A stretch of DNA of 64,000 bases, taken from Cirrosporium novae-zelandiae (taxonomy: Eukaryota). Each line of letters starts with the position of its first letter. The stretch's first letter is position 1. Positions 36,645 through 49,691 of the stretch are shown in pieces. The position numbers and the translations under genes are program-made. The stretch lies in contig JAPETS010000002.1 in assembly GCA_026023565.1 (NCBI GenBank), positions 930,001-994,000 on the forward strand, written 5' to 3'. The notes beneath the pieces are model-generated. The model had not been told where the DNA came from. It saw nothing but the letters and a program-made list of their open reading frames with translations, and did no database searches.

Positions 36645-37509
36645 TCATCCAGGCAGCAAGTAGGCGCGTCAAAATCAGCCTTCAGTAGCTTCTTGGTTAA
36701 TGATGAAGGTCATCAAGTGAAAACAACTTCTGCTCCTTAAAATTTTGTATATTACGTAGAGACTGTCTGCCTAAATATATTCTATAAATTTAAACCAGTG
36801 TTGTTGCTGCAGTTGGTATCTTGATATCAGCCCCATTCCAAGCAAAAGAGAGCTTCTCCGACAAAGCTCTCCGTCATCTATCGCAGGGGAGACACCACCT
36901 TCGAACAGAACAAATACGAGATTCAACAATTATCATATCGCCAAAACAGTTTAAATAAACTTATTTAAATTCATTGAATTTCAGGTAAGCCTGCTACAAT
37001 TATCCTCGTTCCAAGACTATTTTCATTTAAGCAATGTCCAGCTTGGCATCTTGGACATATTCAGGCCAGCATCAATCACCCCTTCGAATCTTTTCCTTGT
37101 ACACAGCGCATCGGGAACTTACAGTGACCCTAGACATCTGCTGAAGCTGCGACTGAAGTGGATGGATAGGTGGAACTGTGCTCCGGCGTAGTCTCACCGA
37201 ACAGTGACGAGGCTGCTGCAATTCGAGGTAGCCGTCTATCTCCAATGCGAAAGAACATAAGCACCTAAGAAAAAGGCGTGGGTGAGAGACCAATTCTGAG
37301 GAACAGGACGGCACAGCTAGAAAGAAGTCGTGATGCCTCTTTGTTGACCTTAAATTTTTTAAATGAGCCTCTTGCTAACACATGCACCTTCATAGGAGCA
37401 TAAACCATCGAGGGTCCCAGAAAGTCGCATGCACTGCTAAAGCCCATCCTTCGTCCTCCATTTCCCGCAGCCCTTAATTTCTGCCGAAGCTTCGAAAGGC
37501 CCTGTCATC

Positions 37510-40500
37510 ATGGATAGCCCAGGTGGACGGATAGCAGAATTACTGGATGCTATGAAGAATGGCCCAGAAAGTAACGATCCCTCTCGAGCTACTTCCCCAG
37601 GTGGAGGTTCTCGTGAGAGCAATGAATCCGGCGAAGACTCGAGAACGAAGCGTCGCCTCCGACCACGAGCGTATCCCTACCCAAAATACTTACCCTATGA
37701 TGTCGAGGATGAGAGTACAATGCAAGGAAACCTTGATGAGATAATAAAAAACCTCTATATTGCTATCGAGGCTGGGGACTTTGCTCGAGATGCTATCCAT
37801 TGGACGAGGGAGCTGCGAAGTTGGCTAGGGTTGAAATTTGATCCAACAATAGAACAAAGAGTCAACCTTGTGAAATTATACTATGAATTAGCTCTAGCAC
37901 CTGGGGTCGATCAGAGTGCAGCTGAGAGGTTTGCTAATATGTTCATGCTGCTGTTGAAGTAAGAATCTCCGCTCGAGACTTGAACACCTTGGTATACTAA
38001 CTTCTCAAAGACGAAAACACTACCTCCGGTCCTTCAAAGATCTTACCCTTGACTGGAGGCCAATCTACAAGGAAATCAAGTTTTTTGTGCTCCCAGGAAA
38101 TTCTGGCATCACTCAGACACCTACACTTAGACGAAATATCAAGACTCTTTGCAAATTAACTATATTTGCCCAGATGTACTTCGACCCCCGGGAGATTCCC
38201 GCGATGCTGGAAGAATTCCTTCCTTATTTCTCTACTTCGCAAACCGAGACGGCTTTCGTAGTCGTCGGGCTACTCAATATTTTTCTGCCTACAATGCCGG
38301 CTCCCCCAGATGACCCGAAACTCCAGCCGCAATATTACTTGCCCACGCTCTTCCACATGTGGTCTTTAGTTAACCGATCGAAAATGTTTGACAGCACCTT
38401 CATGGATCTGCTTTCTCATCTGGCTAGAGATTCTGTCATTGCCAAACATATTCCATTTTCGGCATACGGAATATTTACGAAAGAGCAATCGTCACTTATC
38501 TTCACGGCGATCTTGAGGTTACTAGAAATTCCAGTTAGTCAAGCCACTTCACCATACAACGTCACTGTAGATCTTGGTGCTGGTTTGGGCGTGATGCTTA
38601 GTCGAGATCCCAGAAAGCATCCCGTTCCACATCATATAGCTCGGTTGGTGGTCAATTCGCTATCACCGCTTTGTCTGGATGAAGAAGATTCCATCTTGTC
38701 AAAACTGGAAGCGCTCATCCAATCTGTTGAGGGGTATTTCCACCCCTCAAATTCCGGTCCTTGGACAAGAACACTTTCGGAGCTTGTGTATTATCTCGCA
38801 GATTTCTTCGTCATGCGCTGGAATCGTGAAAAGAGCGGAGAAATGAATACTCCTGATGATCGAAGGCTGAATGAACCTCTTAGGAAACGTTTTGTGCTAT
38901 GTCTTCGTGACGTTATTTTTATGGGTATTTATTCTAAGAGCAGCACCGCGATGACTTTTTCCCTCTCTACATTGCAAAACTTGGCATATTTGGAGCCGAA
39001 CCTCATTCTTCCGGGAGCACTTCAGCGCATCTATCCATCGATGCAAGGACTCGTGGAGGTCCATCGTACGGCATCATCACTGAGATCTCTTCAAGCATTG
39101 TCTAGGATCATGACTCGGACAAAGGGATTTCGATGCCATATAACCACGCTTCTTGGCCTTGCTTTACCGGGGATTGATGCCAATGACCTTGAAAAGACAT
39201 TATATACACTTAGCTTTATCCAATCGGTTTGCTACTGTATACCCTTCAAGGACCTTACGGAGGGCGATGACGAAGTCCATGGAAATGTGGTTGCAATGGA
39301 GTGGATCACTTCCGAGGTTGAAAGAATGGAGGAAGGAGGTGTGGATACTCCCTTGAATTATCAGGATGATTTAACAGATAAAGACGAGGAAATGATTCTA
39401 AAGTCGTCGACTAGTAGTTTTGGGGTATTCCTCATGTCCTTCTTGGGAAGAATTTTTACCTTGCTTGAAAATCTTCCAGATCCGTCTCGAGTTCGGAGTG
39501 GTTCCCCAGAGGAAACTGTTGTGAACACCCTTCCGGCAACCTTTTTACCACTTTTGGCAACACTGTCCCCAGATTTGTATGATATGGCATTGACAAAGAT
39601 AGCAGATTTTGTCACAAGTCACGTCATACATCAAGCACGGGATGCTATGGCCTTCCTCTGTAACGATCTGTGTAAAGTCAATCCGGAAAAGGCCTTGAAG
39701 CGTTTGGTTCCACTTCTTATACAAGGTATTCGAACAGAGATAGATGAAAATGGGGCTGCCTCTACTAGACATGCATCTTCCGATGTCCTTCCACGAGACC
39801 GTGGCCTTGTTTGGAACATTAGTATGCTAAGCATGTGCGTGGTTCATGTTGGTGAGGCTGTACTCGATCATAAGAAAGAATTATTCGACATCGCAGTCTA
39901 CATGCAACAAAAGTGCAAAGGAATTCCAACGATTCATATATCGAATTATATTCACCACCTTCTTCTAAACCTTACGAGCACTTATACTACAGACTTTGAT
40001 CTCTATGAGATGGATGAACTTGCCCGTGGTCTATCGGCTGAGGATTGGGGACAGGCCCCAGGTCCAAACGAACTTAGCATAGAGTGGCATGTTCCAGTTC
40101 GGGCAGAAATTGAGTTTGCCATAGAACTCTTTGAATCGCAAGCCGAGGGCGCAATCAAGCACCTTACATCTTTGATCACTGGCACTTCGAGTGTCAAGAG
40201 GGACGGCATCAACAAAGGTTGGTCTGATGAGCTTTCACGAAACTTGGTTTTGTTCCGATTGTTACTTTCGGGCATTTCCATATTGTTTGATGCCAAGGCT
40301 GTATCGAGGAATAGCAAGTGGCCCGGTCCACAAGAAAATGGCGATATTGAAATGCTAGAAGCAAATGGCCATCCACGAGAAATGCACGACTTACCTTCCG
40401 AATTGAGCCCTTCTGATCAAGATGACGAGGAGATAAAACCCCACTTTACATACCCCACTGGATATTTGCTTGAAGAAGGTGATCCACTCTACGAAAAGGT

Positions 40501-43500
40501 CCACGAGATACGAGAAAAGATAGGACATGTTCTTCACAAAGTGCATGTTTGTCTAACGGAACAAGACGAAGACGAGGTTTCCTGCTTCTCCCCATTATAC
40601 CTTGCTTACCGATCATGGTTTACTGATGTGGGATATGAACGTTCGGCGCACGTCCTTGAAAGGGTATCTAGACTCCTTGTCGCCGATATACATCCTTTCA
40701 AGGTCGCCGGGCTTAGGAAGGATTACCCAAGGCCTCTTTTGGTAAGGAGAGCAAATCTATACCATCTTCAGCGACTTCGTCAGAATGCATATCCACGTCC
40801 TAGGTCTGAACTAGAGGAACGGCTGCTTCTTGATCTATTGGAATCATCGCTGTCGCAGTATACAGATATCCGCCGAAACGCCCAAAGTGCTGGCGAGGCT
40901 TCTCTAAAAGTAGTCGTCGGGGCGAGAACTTTGCTCATCCCCCCATTTATTGATGCATTGGAGGAGGGTGTGAAATCCAACAATTTTCCACGGATAAAAG
41001 GGGCAATTTATTCCGTCCTTTATGGCAGCCTTCACAAGACTTTAGGTCGTCTCTGGAAAGAAACTCCTCGCTTTATTAAGGCTTATATCGCAGCAAGTGC
41101 TGTAGATAAGCCATCTGTGCAAAAGCTTTGTAATGACTCGAGGTTCATGCTCATGGAATGGTGCAGACCCGGTGAAAGAATGACAATTCTTGATGAGTGC
41201 GTTATTCAAAAAATTGCGCCCACCGAGAATGTCAAATCAAGAATATTAAAGAAGAAGGAGGCAATCATGAAGAAATCATCTTTTTCTGAGGCCAAAAAGG
41301 CCGAGTTATCCGAACAACTGGTTGAAGTTGTCAAAAGTTCTCACTGGAGGACCGCATCTATGGTTGCTACTATTTCCATTAATCTTGGACTTCGTTTTGA
41401 GCATATTGCATCTCCCGGTCTTATTAAACTTATTGTGAACGGTGTGATCGATCCTCACCCAAGTCTCCGGCGGCTATACGCCCCGGCTTTGATTGGGCTA
41501 CTTACCACCACCCAATTGCGCGTAACTTGCAAACATAGCTACGAGAACTATTTGCTAGACAACTACCAGGATCTTGGAAAGATCGAGGTTCCAACCGAGC
41601 GAGACAATCCTGAGTGGACAGCGCAACACCTGGCCGCATTCGCTCGTCCAGAAACGGAATATTATGTGGATCATGACCATCCTGGCTGGCTTGTGTGGGA
41701 TAAAACTATGCCGGCTTATGTCGCCAATGTGGAGAAGGACTTGGAGTATGACGAGGTGGAGCAAAACATCCGTGAAAACTTAGGGAAGCTCTTAACACGT
41801 GATTGGTTCAAGTCGTATTTTCAACATCTCAAACAGGAGCCTAGGGATGCAACAGCTGATCGGTTCCGGACACAAAATGCGATCATGTTGCTCTACGTCT
41901 TTGAGCTTGTTATCCAAGATGTATGTGTGGCGAAATTCGATGATATCAAAGTAGAAGTTCTAGAAGTTTATGGCGATGGGTCAGATAAGCACCAACATCG
42001 TGCGACCGCCGAAATTATTGGGGCTCTTTTGTTATCAGTCTGTGACATAAAGATTGAACAGAGAACTCCTGTCTGGGAGTTCTGTTTCCCTATCGTTCGT
42101 CAAATATTCTCAGATGGTCTGACCCCCGAAAATGTCTCATATTGGACTAGCTTCATACGACTACTATTCCAAACCAGAGATCCCAGGAGAAATTGGCCAT
42201 TATTAGATTGGCTTTCTAGCTTTAGGTTGGATATGAATTCCAATGCAGCCTTTAAGGAAAGTTCTAAGATCATGTTACTCAATCAATGTATCTCAGAGGC
42301 AGCATGGCATTTCCGTCTCGAGAAGCCTATTGTAAAAGACTTTTTGGCTCACATTGATCATCCGTACAAAGGAGTCCGAGAAATCATGGGTGCTTGCTTG
42401 TCACAGATTTTCCGATCTCGATACCATGAAGCATACAGTGACGTTGGCACATTGGTGGAGGACCAAAGAAGCTTTGCGTCAATCGGCCGCCCACCTTATC
42501 AGCCAACACAAGAGTTCTCTGAGATGATAACAGAAACATTCGGGAGACTCGAAAAGTGGAGACACGAACGTACTCCTGGCCAGCAAACTCCATCGTCATA
42601 CACATCTGGAGGCAAGACGGTGTTAGTATTTCTTGAATTCATGTTGCAGTCGCACGTATGTGTCGAACTTACTTCCTTCTTTCCTGATCTCTTTACTGAG
42701 CAACTCCTACATATGATGGATGTAAAAGAAGATCCCGAACTGCAAGGACTTGCCTATTCAGTCTTCCGTCATCTTGCCAATATACCACACCAAGATGGTG
42801 AAGACCGCCGTCTAATTGACAAGCTGATTCTTATCGGCAAAACTTCTGCTTTCTGGCACCAGCGATTGAGAATAATGGTTAATATACAAATTATTTACTT
42901 CCGCCGACTTTTCCTTCTGTCTCAAGAGGATAAGCAAAAGTTATTTGACTGTGTTTCAAGTATGCTCGAAGATTCACAACATGAAGTTCGGGTTGGCGCT
43001 CAGGCAACTCTTTCTGGTATGATTCGTTGTACCCCGAATGCCCAGAAAAAGGATATTGTAGAACGATACAAGGTTAAATTCACCAAAATACTTCAAGCCA
43101 ATCCACTTCCAAAGAGACCAAGACGTGGAATATCAGCACCTAGCTCCAGAACAAGCACCCCGACCCCAGAACAAAGCCGCCTTATTCTTGTTCGGCATGG
43201 AGCTGTTCTTGGTCTCGGTGCTCTTATCCAGGCATTCCCGTATGCGAGTCCACCGCCGCCGTGGATGCCAGGGGTCCTTATAACATTGTCAACCAAGGCA
43301 GCCAATGACCCCGGAATTGTGGGGCAGAGCGTTAAAAGCATCATTAGTGATTTCAAGAAGACGAGACAGGATACTTGGCATATTGATGTTAAGGTGAGTG
43401 AAGATTTTTTTATTCGCACCAGTACCTTACGCCATCGTCATTGTATCATTGCAGCATAGGTGAAAAATTAACTAATATATAAATTTCTTCATTGCAGGCA

Positions 43501-43560
43501 TTCACACCGGACGAAGTTGAGGATTTGAGTGGCGTTCTTGTGAAGAGCTATTTTGCATAG
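37510..43560 (+). CDS. BLM10: Proteasome activator Blm10/PA200
   Basis: Very long HEAT-like protein with YFHPSNSGPW, ALPGIDANDLEKT, HGAVLGLGALIQAFPY, DFKKTRQDTW and C-terminal SYFA*. Introns at ~37960-38010 and ~43394-43497. Confidence 0.93.
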
Positions 43561-44229
43561 GGGTCTTTAAATCGGTACGAAAATGGTGGGCGGACGGTTG
43601 GAAGGTGAACTTGGTTCTAAGAAAGAGTTTAGTCGGCTCGAGGTTATTATACAAGTGGGGACATGGATAGGGAAATAATTACGGTAGACAGCATGAGGAA
43701 GGGGACGGGAAGACTTTTGATGGACAAAAACGAGGATATGTTATGCTTTGGATAGGAGCTAGAATGGGCATGGATTAGCCCGTAATTGTAGACATAATCT
43801 CTGATGAGCACTGGTAAGAAAGGGTGTTCAGAAGGGCTGAAGAATTGATATCAATTTTGCAAAGTTATTACCAATCTCACCAGTCTCTGCTAGTTTGAGT
43901 CAGGTTCAGACCAAAAGAAAAGAAGTAATTTTCGTAGGACTGATCAATCAATGGTGACAGATTTTGGTCGTAAATCTTGTGGTGTCAAAATAAGGCAGAC
44001 ATAAACACGTGACTACGGGTTGAACTGAGACTGAGATCGTAACGCCGCCATCTTCTCGTTCAGACTAAATCGCACCAGTATAAAAAGCCAGTCGCCATTT
44101 CCCACGCCAACTCTTTTATCAATAGCAAATCTACATATTTAGATCACTATATTGATATTACAAGCTAAATAACATACCAAGGTCCGTGGAAGGATTTCTA
44201 AGTATAGAAAGGACCACCTTACTACAACC

Positions 44230-46272
44230 ATGGCTGACCTCAACATCGAAGAGACCAATCGCGTTCGCACCGCACTTGGTCTTCCCCCTCTACCTGTCCC
44301 TGGCGCTGGACCTACCTTTAAACAATCCCATGACTCTGACTCCGACACCTCTGACTCAGACGACGATCCTGCAAGTACTCTCGAGTCGCGCCAAGCCGAA
44401 TCCTATGGTAACTGGAAGAAATTGGAAGATGAACGAAAGGCAAGCGCTCGTCGTGCAGCACAGAAGGAGGCTATCAAGAAGGCCAAAGACAGTGCGAGTA
44501 GATTTCAACAGCTTCAAGGCAAGACACTAGGCGATGAGGACGACCAAGATCTGAGCACCGCCGGCTGGTTAAAAAGGCACAAGAAAAGGCAAAAGCAAAT
44601 CGAGAAGGAAAAGGAGAAGGCGAAGAAACTTGAAGAAGAACTATCTGCGCGAGAAAAAGAAGAATATTCCTCAAAAGACTTGGCAGGAGTAAAGGTAGCT
44701 CATGAGTTAGGAGAATTCGATGAGGGTGGGGAACAGATCTTGACCTTGAAAGATACCACTATCGAAGAGAACGAAGAGGAAGGCGATGAGCTGGAGAATT
44801 TGGATCTACGAGAGAAGGAAAAGCTCCAAGAGAAACTGGACCTGAAAAAGAAGAAACCGGTCTATAATCCTAATGACATTGACGAGACTGGGGAAAAGTC
44901 GATTTTAGCCCACTATGACGAAGAAATTGATGGCAAAAAGAAAAAGAGATTTACGCTTGATGGTAAAGGAGCAACAGCAGAAAGCCGCGAGGCTATGAAA
45001 AGGGGCGTCTCGGAGAAGTTGAAGAGCCAGAGCTTAAGTCTTGATTTCTTAAAAGATGAAACCCCAGCCTCAGATTATATGGACTTTGATCCCTCGGAAA
45101 TGAAGGCTAGAAAGCCAAAGAAGAAGTCTAAAAAAGCAAAACATTCAAGGAAGAAGGTTGTGGATGATGATGATATCTTTCCCACAGTTGAAGCCCCAAC
45201 ATCAAATGGGGATAAGTCAAACAGGGATGCAATGGATATAGACTCCACAAGTAAAAATGGTTCTGTCACAACAGCAATAAAACGCAAAATAGATAATACA
45301 TCATTCATTGACGACGATGATCTACAAGCGTCACTAGCCGTCACACGAAGAGCAGCTCTGAAGAAGAGAAAGGCAGACCTAAAACAGTTCGCAGCCCAGC
45401 TACGGGAAGAATCTCCAGCAACCCCAGACCCCACAGAACAAAACGAAGAAGAGCCTGGCCTCATCATCGACGAAACCTCCGAATTCATCGCAAATCTCCA
45501 AAAGCCAATCGCACCTGAGCCTCGACGGCAGCGTCGTTCTTCCTCTCAGACTATGCCCACAGCGGCAGGACCTGAGGCAGACGCGGAGCCTGAGCCAGAT
45601 GCTGAGGGTGATATCCCCATGGAAACAATAGCATCTCCATCAGCCTCCGCGTCCCGTGCAACCTCAACACCCGCACCCGACGTCTCTGGCTCAACTGGCC
45701 TTGAGGAGGAAGCCCCAGTCTCAGGCGGTCTCGGTAACACACTCAAGATGCTCCGTGGCCGCGGCGTCATCAAAGACAATGATTCCAGCCTCCTTAACGA
45801 GATCCAGCGCGAGCGGCAGAAATTCCTTGCTGACAAGACGCACCGCGAAGCACAGTTCGAAGCTCGCGCTAGAGCGCAGAGAGAAAGAGACCGCGCTTCA
45901 GGGAAACTAGCAAACATGTCAGCCCGGGACCGTGAGGAATATGCCCGGTGGGAGAACCGCGCGCGCGACCAGGCTGAGTCCCGCCAAATCGCTGACATCT
46001 TCAACCGGGAGTACAAGCCTGACGTGCAGCTCAAATACGTGGATGAGTTCGGCAGAGATATGGATGCTAAGGAGGCGTTTAAACACCTTTCACATCAGTT
46101 CCATGGTAAAGGAAGCGGGAAGATGAAGCAGGAGAAACGGCTCAAGAAGATTGAGGACGAGAAGAGGAGAGAGGCTGTGGGTGTTTTAGATACCAGTCAA
46201 AGGACCGGGATGAATATGGTGGTTGGAGGTGAACAGAAAAGAAAGGGCCAGGCTGGCGTGAGGTTGGCTTAA
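44230..46272 (+). CDS. SNU66: U4/U6.U5 tri-snRNP-associated protein SART-1/Snu66
   Basis: HIND motif LNIEETNRVRTALGLPPL, DLAGVKVAH, ILTLKD, YKPDVQLKYVDEFGR....KEAFKHLSHQFHGKGSGK. Confidence 0.95.
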   Translation: MADLNIEETNRVRTALGLPPLPVPGAGPTFKQSHDSDSDTSDSDDDPASTLESRQAESYGNWKKLEDERKASARRAAQKEAIKKAKDSASRFQQLQGKTLGDEDDQDLSTAGWLKRHKKRQKQIEKEKEKAKKLEEELSAREKEEYSSKDLAGVKVAHELGEFDEGGEQILTLKDTTIEENEEEGDELENLDLREKEKLQEKLDLKKKKPVYNPNDIDETGEKSILAHYDEEIDGKKKKRFTLDGKGATAESREAMKRGVSEKLKSQSLSLDFLKDETPASDYMDFDPSEMKARKPKKKSKKAKHSRKKVVDDDDIFPTVEAPTSNGDKSNRDAMDIDSTSKNGSVTTAIKRKIDNTSFIDDDDLQASLAVTRRAALKKRKADLKQFAAQLREESPATPDPTEQNEEEPGLIIDETSEFIANLQKPIAPEPRRQRRSSSQTMPTAAGPEADAEPEPDAEGDIPMETIASPSASASRATSTPAPDVSGSTGLEEEAPVSGGLGNTLKMLRGRGVIKDNDSSLLNEIQRERQKFLADKTHREAQFEARARAQRERDRASGKLANMSARDREEYARWENRARDQAESRQIADIFNREYKPDVQLKYVDEFGRDMDAKEAFKHLSHQFHGKGSGKMKQEKRLKKIEDEKRREAVGVLDTSQRTGMNMVVGGEQKRKGQAGVRLA

Positions 46273-47043
46273 CTGGAGTAGGGGAATATGGTTGGTTGGA
46301 TTGTTAGTTGACTCGACTTAACTACGGATGGAGTAGGGAGGTGTTTGATGGATGTCGTGTCGTTGTCTATTTGTGAAATGGAGAACATGGGGAGGAGGAG
46401 GGGAGGACATCGAAGAAAATAGATAATAAGGCTTATACGATTTGAACCTCCCCCCCCTTTCTCCTCTAGGGCTAACTAACTAGCCTTACCTTACCTTGTG
46501 TTTAACATAATTACATATTACATATTTCTAAAGGTAGAATGTACATATACTATAACACAGTAGCCATTAGAACAAGCAAGCAATGGAGAATGGAGAATAA
46601 TCATTTGTTGAATCTGTTTATTTTTTTGGGGGGGTGGGATTAATGATTGATAGATAACCTCTCCCTCGTCCAATTCATATTTTTATTTTTGGTTCATCTT
46701 TTTTTTAAGTAAGTTTATCTAGGAGTCATCTATTTGTAGGGGTAGCGGGACGTATGGAATATCGATCGAACCTTTATCTCATCCCATGAGTAAGGGTAGG
46801 GATGCATGGATGTAAATGGGATTGATGCTCTCTATGATTATATATATGTTCGACAGCCAATTTTAGAGGTAATGGTTCTAGCTAGATTTGAGCTTCTAAA
46901 ATGGCATTTAGCATTCATCGTAAAGGTGCTCCTCCTTATATCCATAATCTTCGATGGCCGTTTTAAAACGCCATAACCCTCATATCCCTGCTTTAAACGC
47001 CTGTAAATAATATCTCATCATTGCATCGCTTGGAGGCTCCGTT

Positions 47044-48159
47044 TCAGAGGTCCATGCCCATTAGATAGCTTTCCAGGATACGCATAAACTTGGCAACAAA
47101 TGCTTCCAGGTGAAATATAGCCTTATTTCCAAGCTTGATGCGGTTTTCATAAAATGCAGTCCACTTGACGACTTCGGCCTTGAGGGCATCGTCGATCTTT
47201 TGGATGAGCTGCAAGGAAAGCGTTTTGAGAATCGTGGTGGGTGGGATGCAATGCGTCAGCAGATCATATAGCTTTGCTCGGACTTTGAGGATCTGGGCTG
47301 GTGTGTGTTCTTCCATGATGTCGTTGGCGATTTGGGCGATGAGGGCTTCCCAGTCGGCTACGGGGATGGTCGTTTTGTCCGTCACTGACTCGTTTTGTGC
47401 GTGTACCGCTTCAAACATCAATAGTGCCCTTCGCAGGTTGCGCTTGCTTTCCTTTGCTATTCGTTGGTTGAGCCCCTTTGCTTCGTCCCATCCTTCTTTT
47501 CTACCCGCTTCCGCCAGCACGTCGCAGATTTCAGCTTCTGTGGGTGCGGGGACACGCACGAGCAGTGTTCGAGAGCGGATAGGTGCGATGATGTTGCTGG
47601 TGCTATTGGCTAGCAGTATTAACCTCAGATTTGGACTATATTTCTCCATTGTTCTCCTCAGCGCTGCTTGTGCATCTCTGGTCAGATGATCCGCCTCATT
47701 AATCACAACAACCTTGAACCTCTGCCTTGCATTCATATCCACCTGTTGCGTCTGCGCTACTTCCTTCAGCAGCTCCTGTACCACCACACGGTCATAATTC
47801 CCGACGTCAGATGGGGTGATCTCGAGGTGGTAGACGGAAGCAACAATGTTGAATTCAAGTTTGCGGTTGGTGGTTGTTTGGAAGACACGGGCGTCAATTT
47901 TGATTTTTTCCACACCGGGACCGTAGAGCTCTTTCAGTGTAGCAACTATGCGGGTTTTCTTGCCTGCGCCTGACGGTCCATACACGAGAAGGTGGGGGAA
48001 ATCACCACTTTGAGCCTATAGTCAATTGATTAGAAGGTCTCTCGAGGTGCATTTGATATGGGTCCTTCTTACTAGTGATTTCAATCTTGCGGATAGGTCT
48101 GGATGGTAACTTAGGGCCTCAAGTGACCGTGGTCGTAGCTTATCAACAAGAAGGGCCAT
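47044..48159 (-). CDS. RFC5: Replication factor C subunit 5 (yeast nomenclature)
   Basis: MALLVDKLRPRSL..., intron ~48072-48017, AQSGDFPHLLVYGPSGAGKKTR, VVINEAD, PIRSR, IFHLEAFVAKFM. Confidence 0.95.
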
Positions 48160-48237
48160 GGTTTTGGGTATAATAAATTTTAGCGGTTTCCTGCAAAATT
48201 GATGTTGAAGTCGGTTGGGATGGAAAAAGATGGTGAT

Positions 48238-48260
48238 ACGCGTTTTCTAGCTTCACGCGT
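48238..48260. promoter_or_regulatory. Two MCB (ACGCGT) elements upstream of RFC5
   Basis: ACGCGT at 48238-48243 and 48255-48260, 80-100 bp upstream of the RFC5 ATG. Confidence 0.65.
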
Positions 48261-48515
48261 TCTTTCAATTAAGGGTCTGTGGTCCGTGCCCACGCTGCAT
48301 GTTACCAAATTGACACGGATAGGCGGATAGGCGGTTGGCGGTTGAATAGATAGGCCAATAGAACGGTTACGTTAAGAGCATCGCGCTTATAATTTAGCGA
48401 GGGCTTATATAAACCCCGCCGTTCCCGCTTCGTAACTTATGAATGAATATTTTGCATCTCGCTAATGAGCATACAACTACCCCTCATAAATCACTATAGC
48501 AGGCAAGTTTTTAAC

Positions 48516-48692
48516 GGCGGGCGGGCCATTGGCCTACCCGCCACGGACAGCATCCGGCTTTGAGGTCGGGGGTTCAACCCCCACAGGGTGCTAGGAACTT
48601 AGGTCGAAAATCCCCTTGAGCGTGAGGGGGTTTTCATAGGATCCTCCCCCATACCGTAGCGTAGTTTGTATGGGGGGGCATCTGAACTTTTT
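48516..48692 (+). ncRNA. Candidate structured non-coding RNA, probably Pol III-transcribed, family unidentified
   Basis: Consecutive GC-rich helices with G-U pairs that work only on the + strand, B-box GGTTCAACCCC (48571-48581), A-box-like TGGCCTA, an AT-rich element ~30 nt upstream and TTTTT at 48688-48692. Confidence 0.6.
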
Positions 48693-49691
48693 GCCATTTT
48701 CAGTGTGTGTATTTTTTTTTAATTCGAATAGCGTCGGCGACGTCGAGTTGGTTATCTTCACCAAAATCAACCGCCCCTAACTACATCAAGTGATTCTAAG
48801 GACTGAAATGGCCAACTCTAGGTAGGTATGGTGTAAATAATGGGATACAGCATTAGAATCTATCATAGCGTGTGAATCGTAGCATGATCGGGCTTCATGT
48901 CTTTAACTCCACTTAGGAAATACTGAAAAGATATCTAAATAACCTATGACATAGCTTCCCAGTCTTTGACATGAGCTTCACCCACCCTTACAATCGTGTA
49001 TTCGCGGACTTGGTATAGTTAGGTATAATTGGACTGAGAGTAAAGTGAAATGACGACAAGGCAGGCGAAGCCTCCCATCTTGGGTTATAGTTATCACCGT
49101 AGTATTACAAGGTCTCCCGTCAGCATTTTCATTTTTATCTCTCATCAAGGTAGCCAAGAGCGAAGACAGCGTAACCCCGAAACCTACAAATAAATTCCAT
49201 GGTCAAAATGGGGAACTACTAATAACTCTATTATACTACCTTTGCATAGTCAATTGAGCATGTATTAGAGGAATAATATAAACTTCTTTTTAGCTCCTTT
49301 TACCAGAATTCTTGCCTTTGATTCCGTCTTCTGCTCACATCTCTTATGTCATTTGATATGGTTATATTAGACTTTATGTGCTAAGGTACTTTCTAGTTCG
49401 TTGATAATACTGCTAGGATCCATGTCGCAGAAGCCTTCCGCATACGTCGTGGAGCGCTACAATGGATCTCTTCAAACCAATTATGAGTTTGTGGGGTTGG
49501 GTCCCCCCACTAAGATAAGGAAGCAGCATCGGCGGATATCAACGCTCGTCATTAAAGGGTGTACCGATGCAGATCAAATTATTATGACTCAAGGGTGGAG
49601 CTGAAACTGCTTATATTGTTGACTTCTTCCGCTGAGCTATTGTAATTTCTTTGTAAATTCAACAGGGTTCTAGAGTCGGCAAATTATTAAC

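Noticed and set aside
6236..43560. Proteasome gene cluster (PRE8 and BLM10)
   Set aside because: 30 kb apart with many unrelated genes between them; no evidence of functional clustering.
48549..48593. Canonical tRNA gene
   Set aside because: Only ~45 nt with no full D-arm and anticodon arm; kept as a tRNA-like subdomain of the candidate ncRNA.
48600..48690. U3 snoRNA (GAGCGTGA box-B-like motif and terminal CTGA)
   Set aside because: No box A/A', box C' or box C (TGATGA) in the expected positions.
48596..48690. Hammerhead ribozyme or RNase MRP
   Set aside because: No CTGANGA core on either strand; GAAAATCCCC is locked in a local hairpin and the element is too short for MRP.
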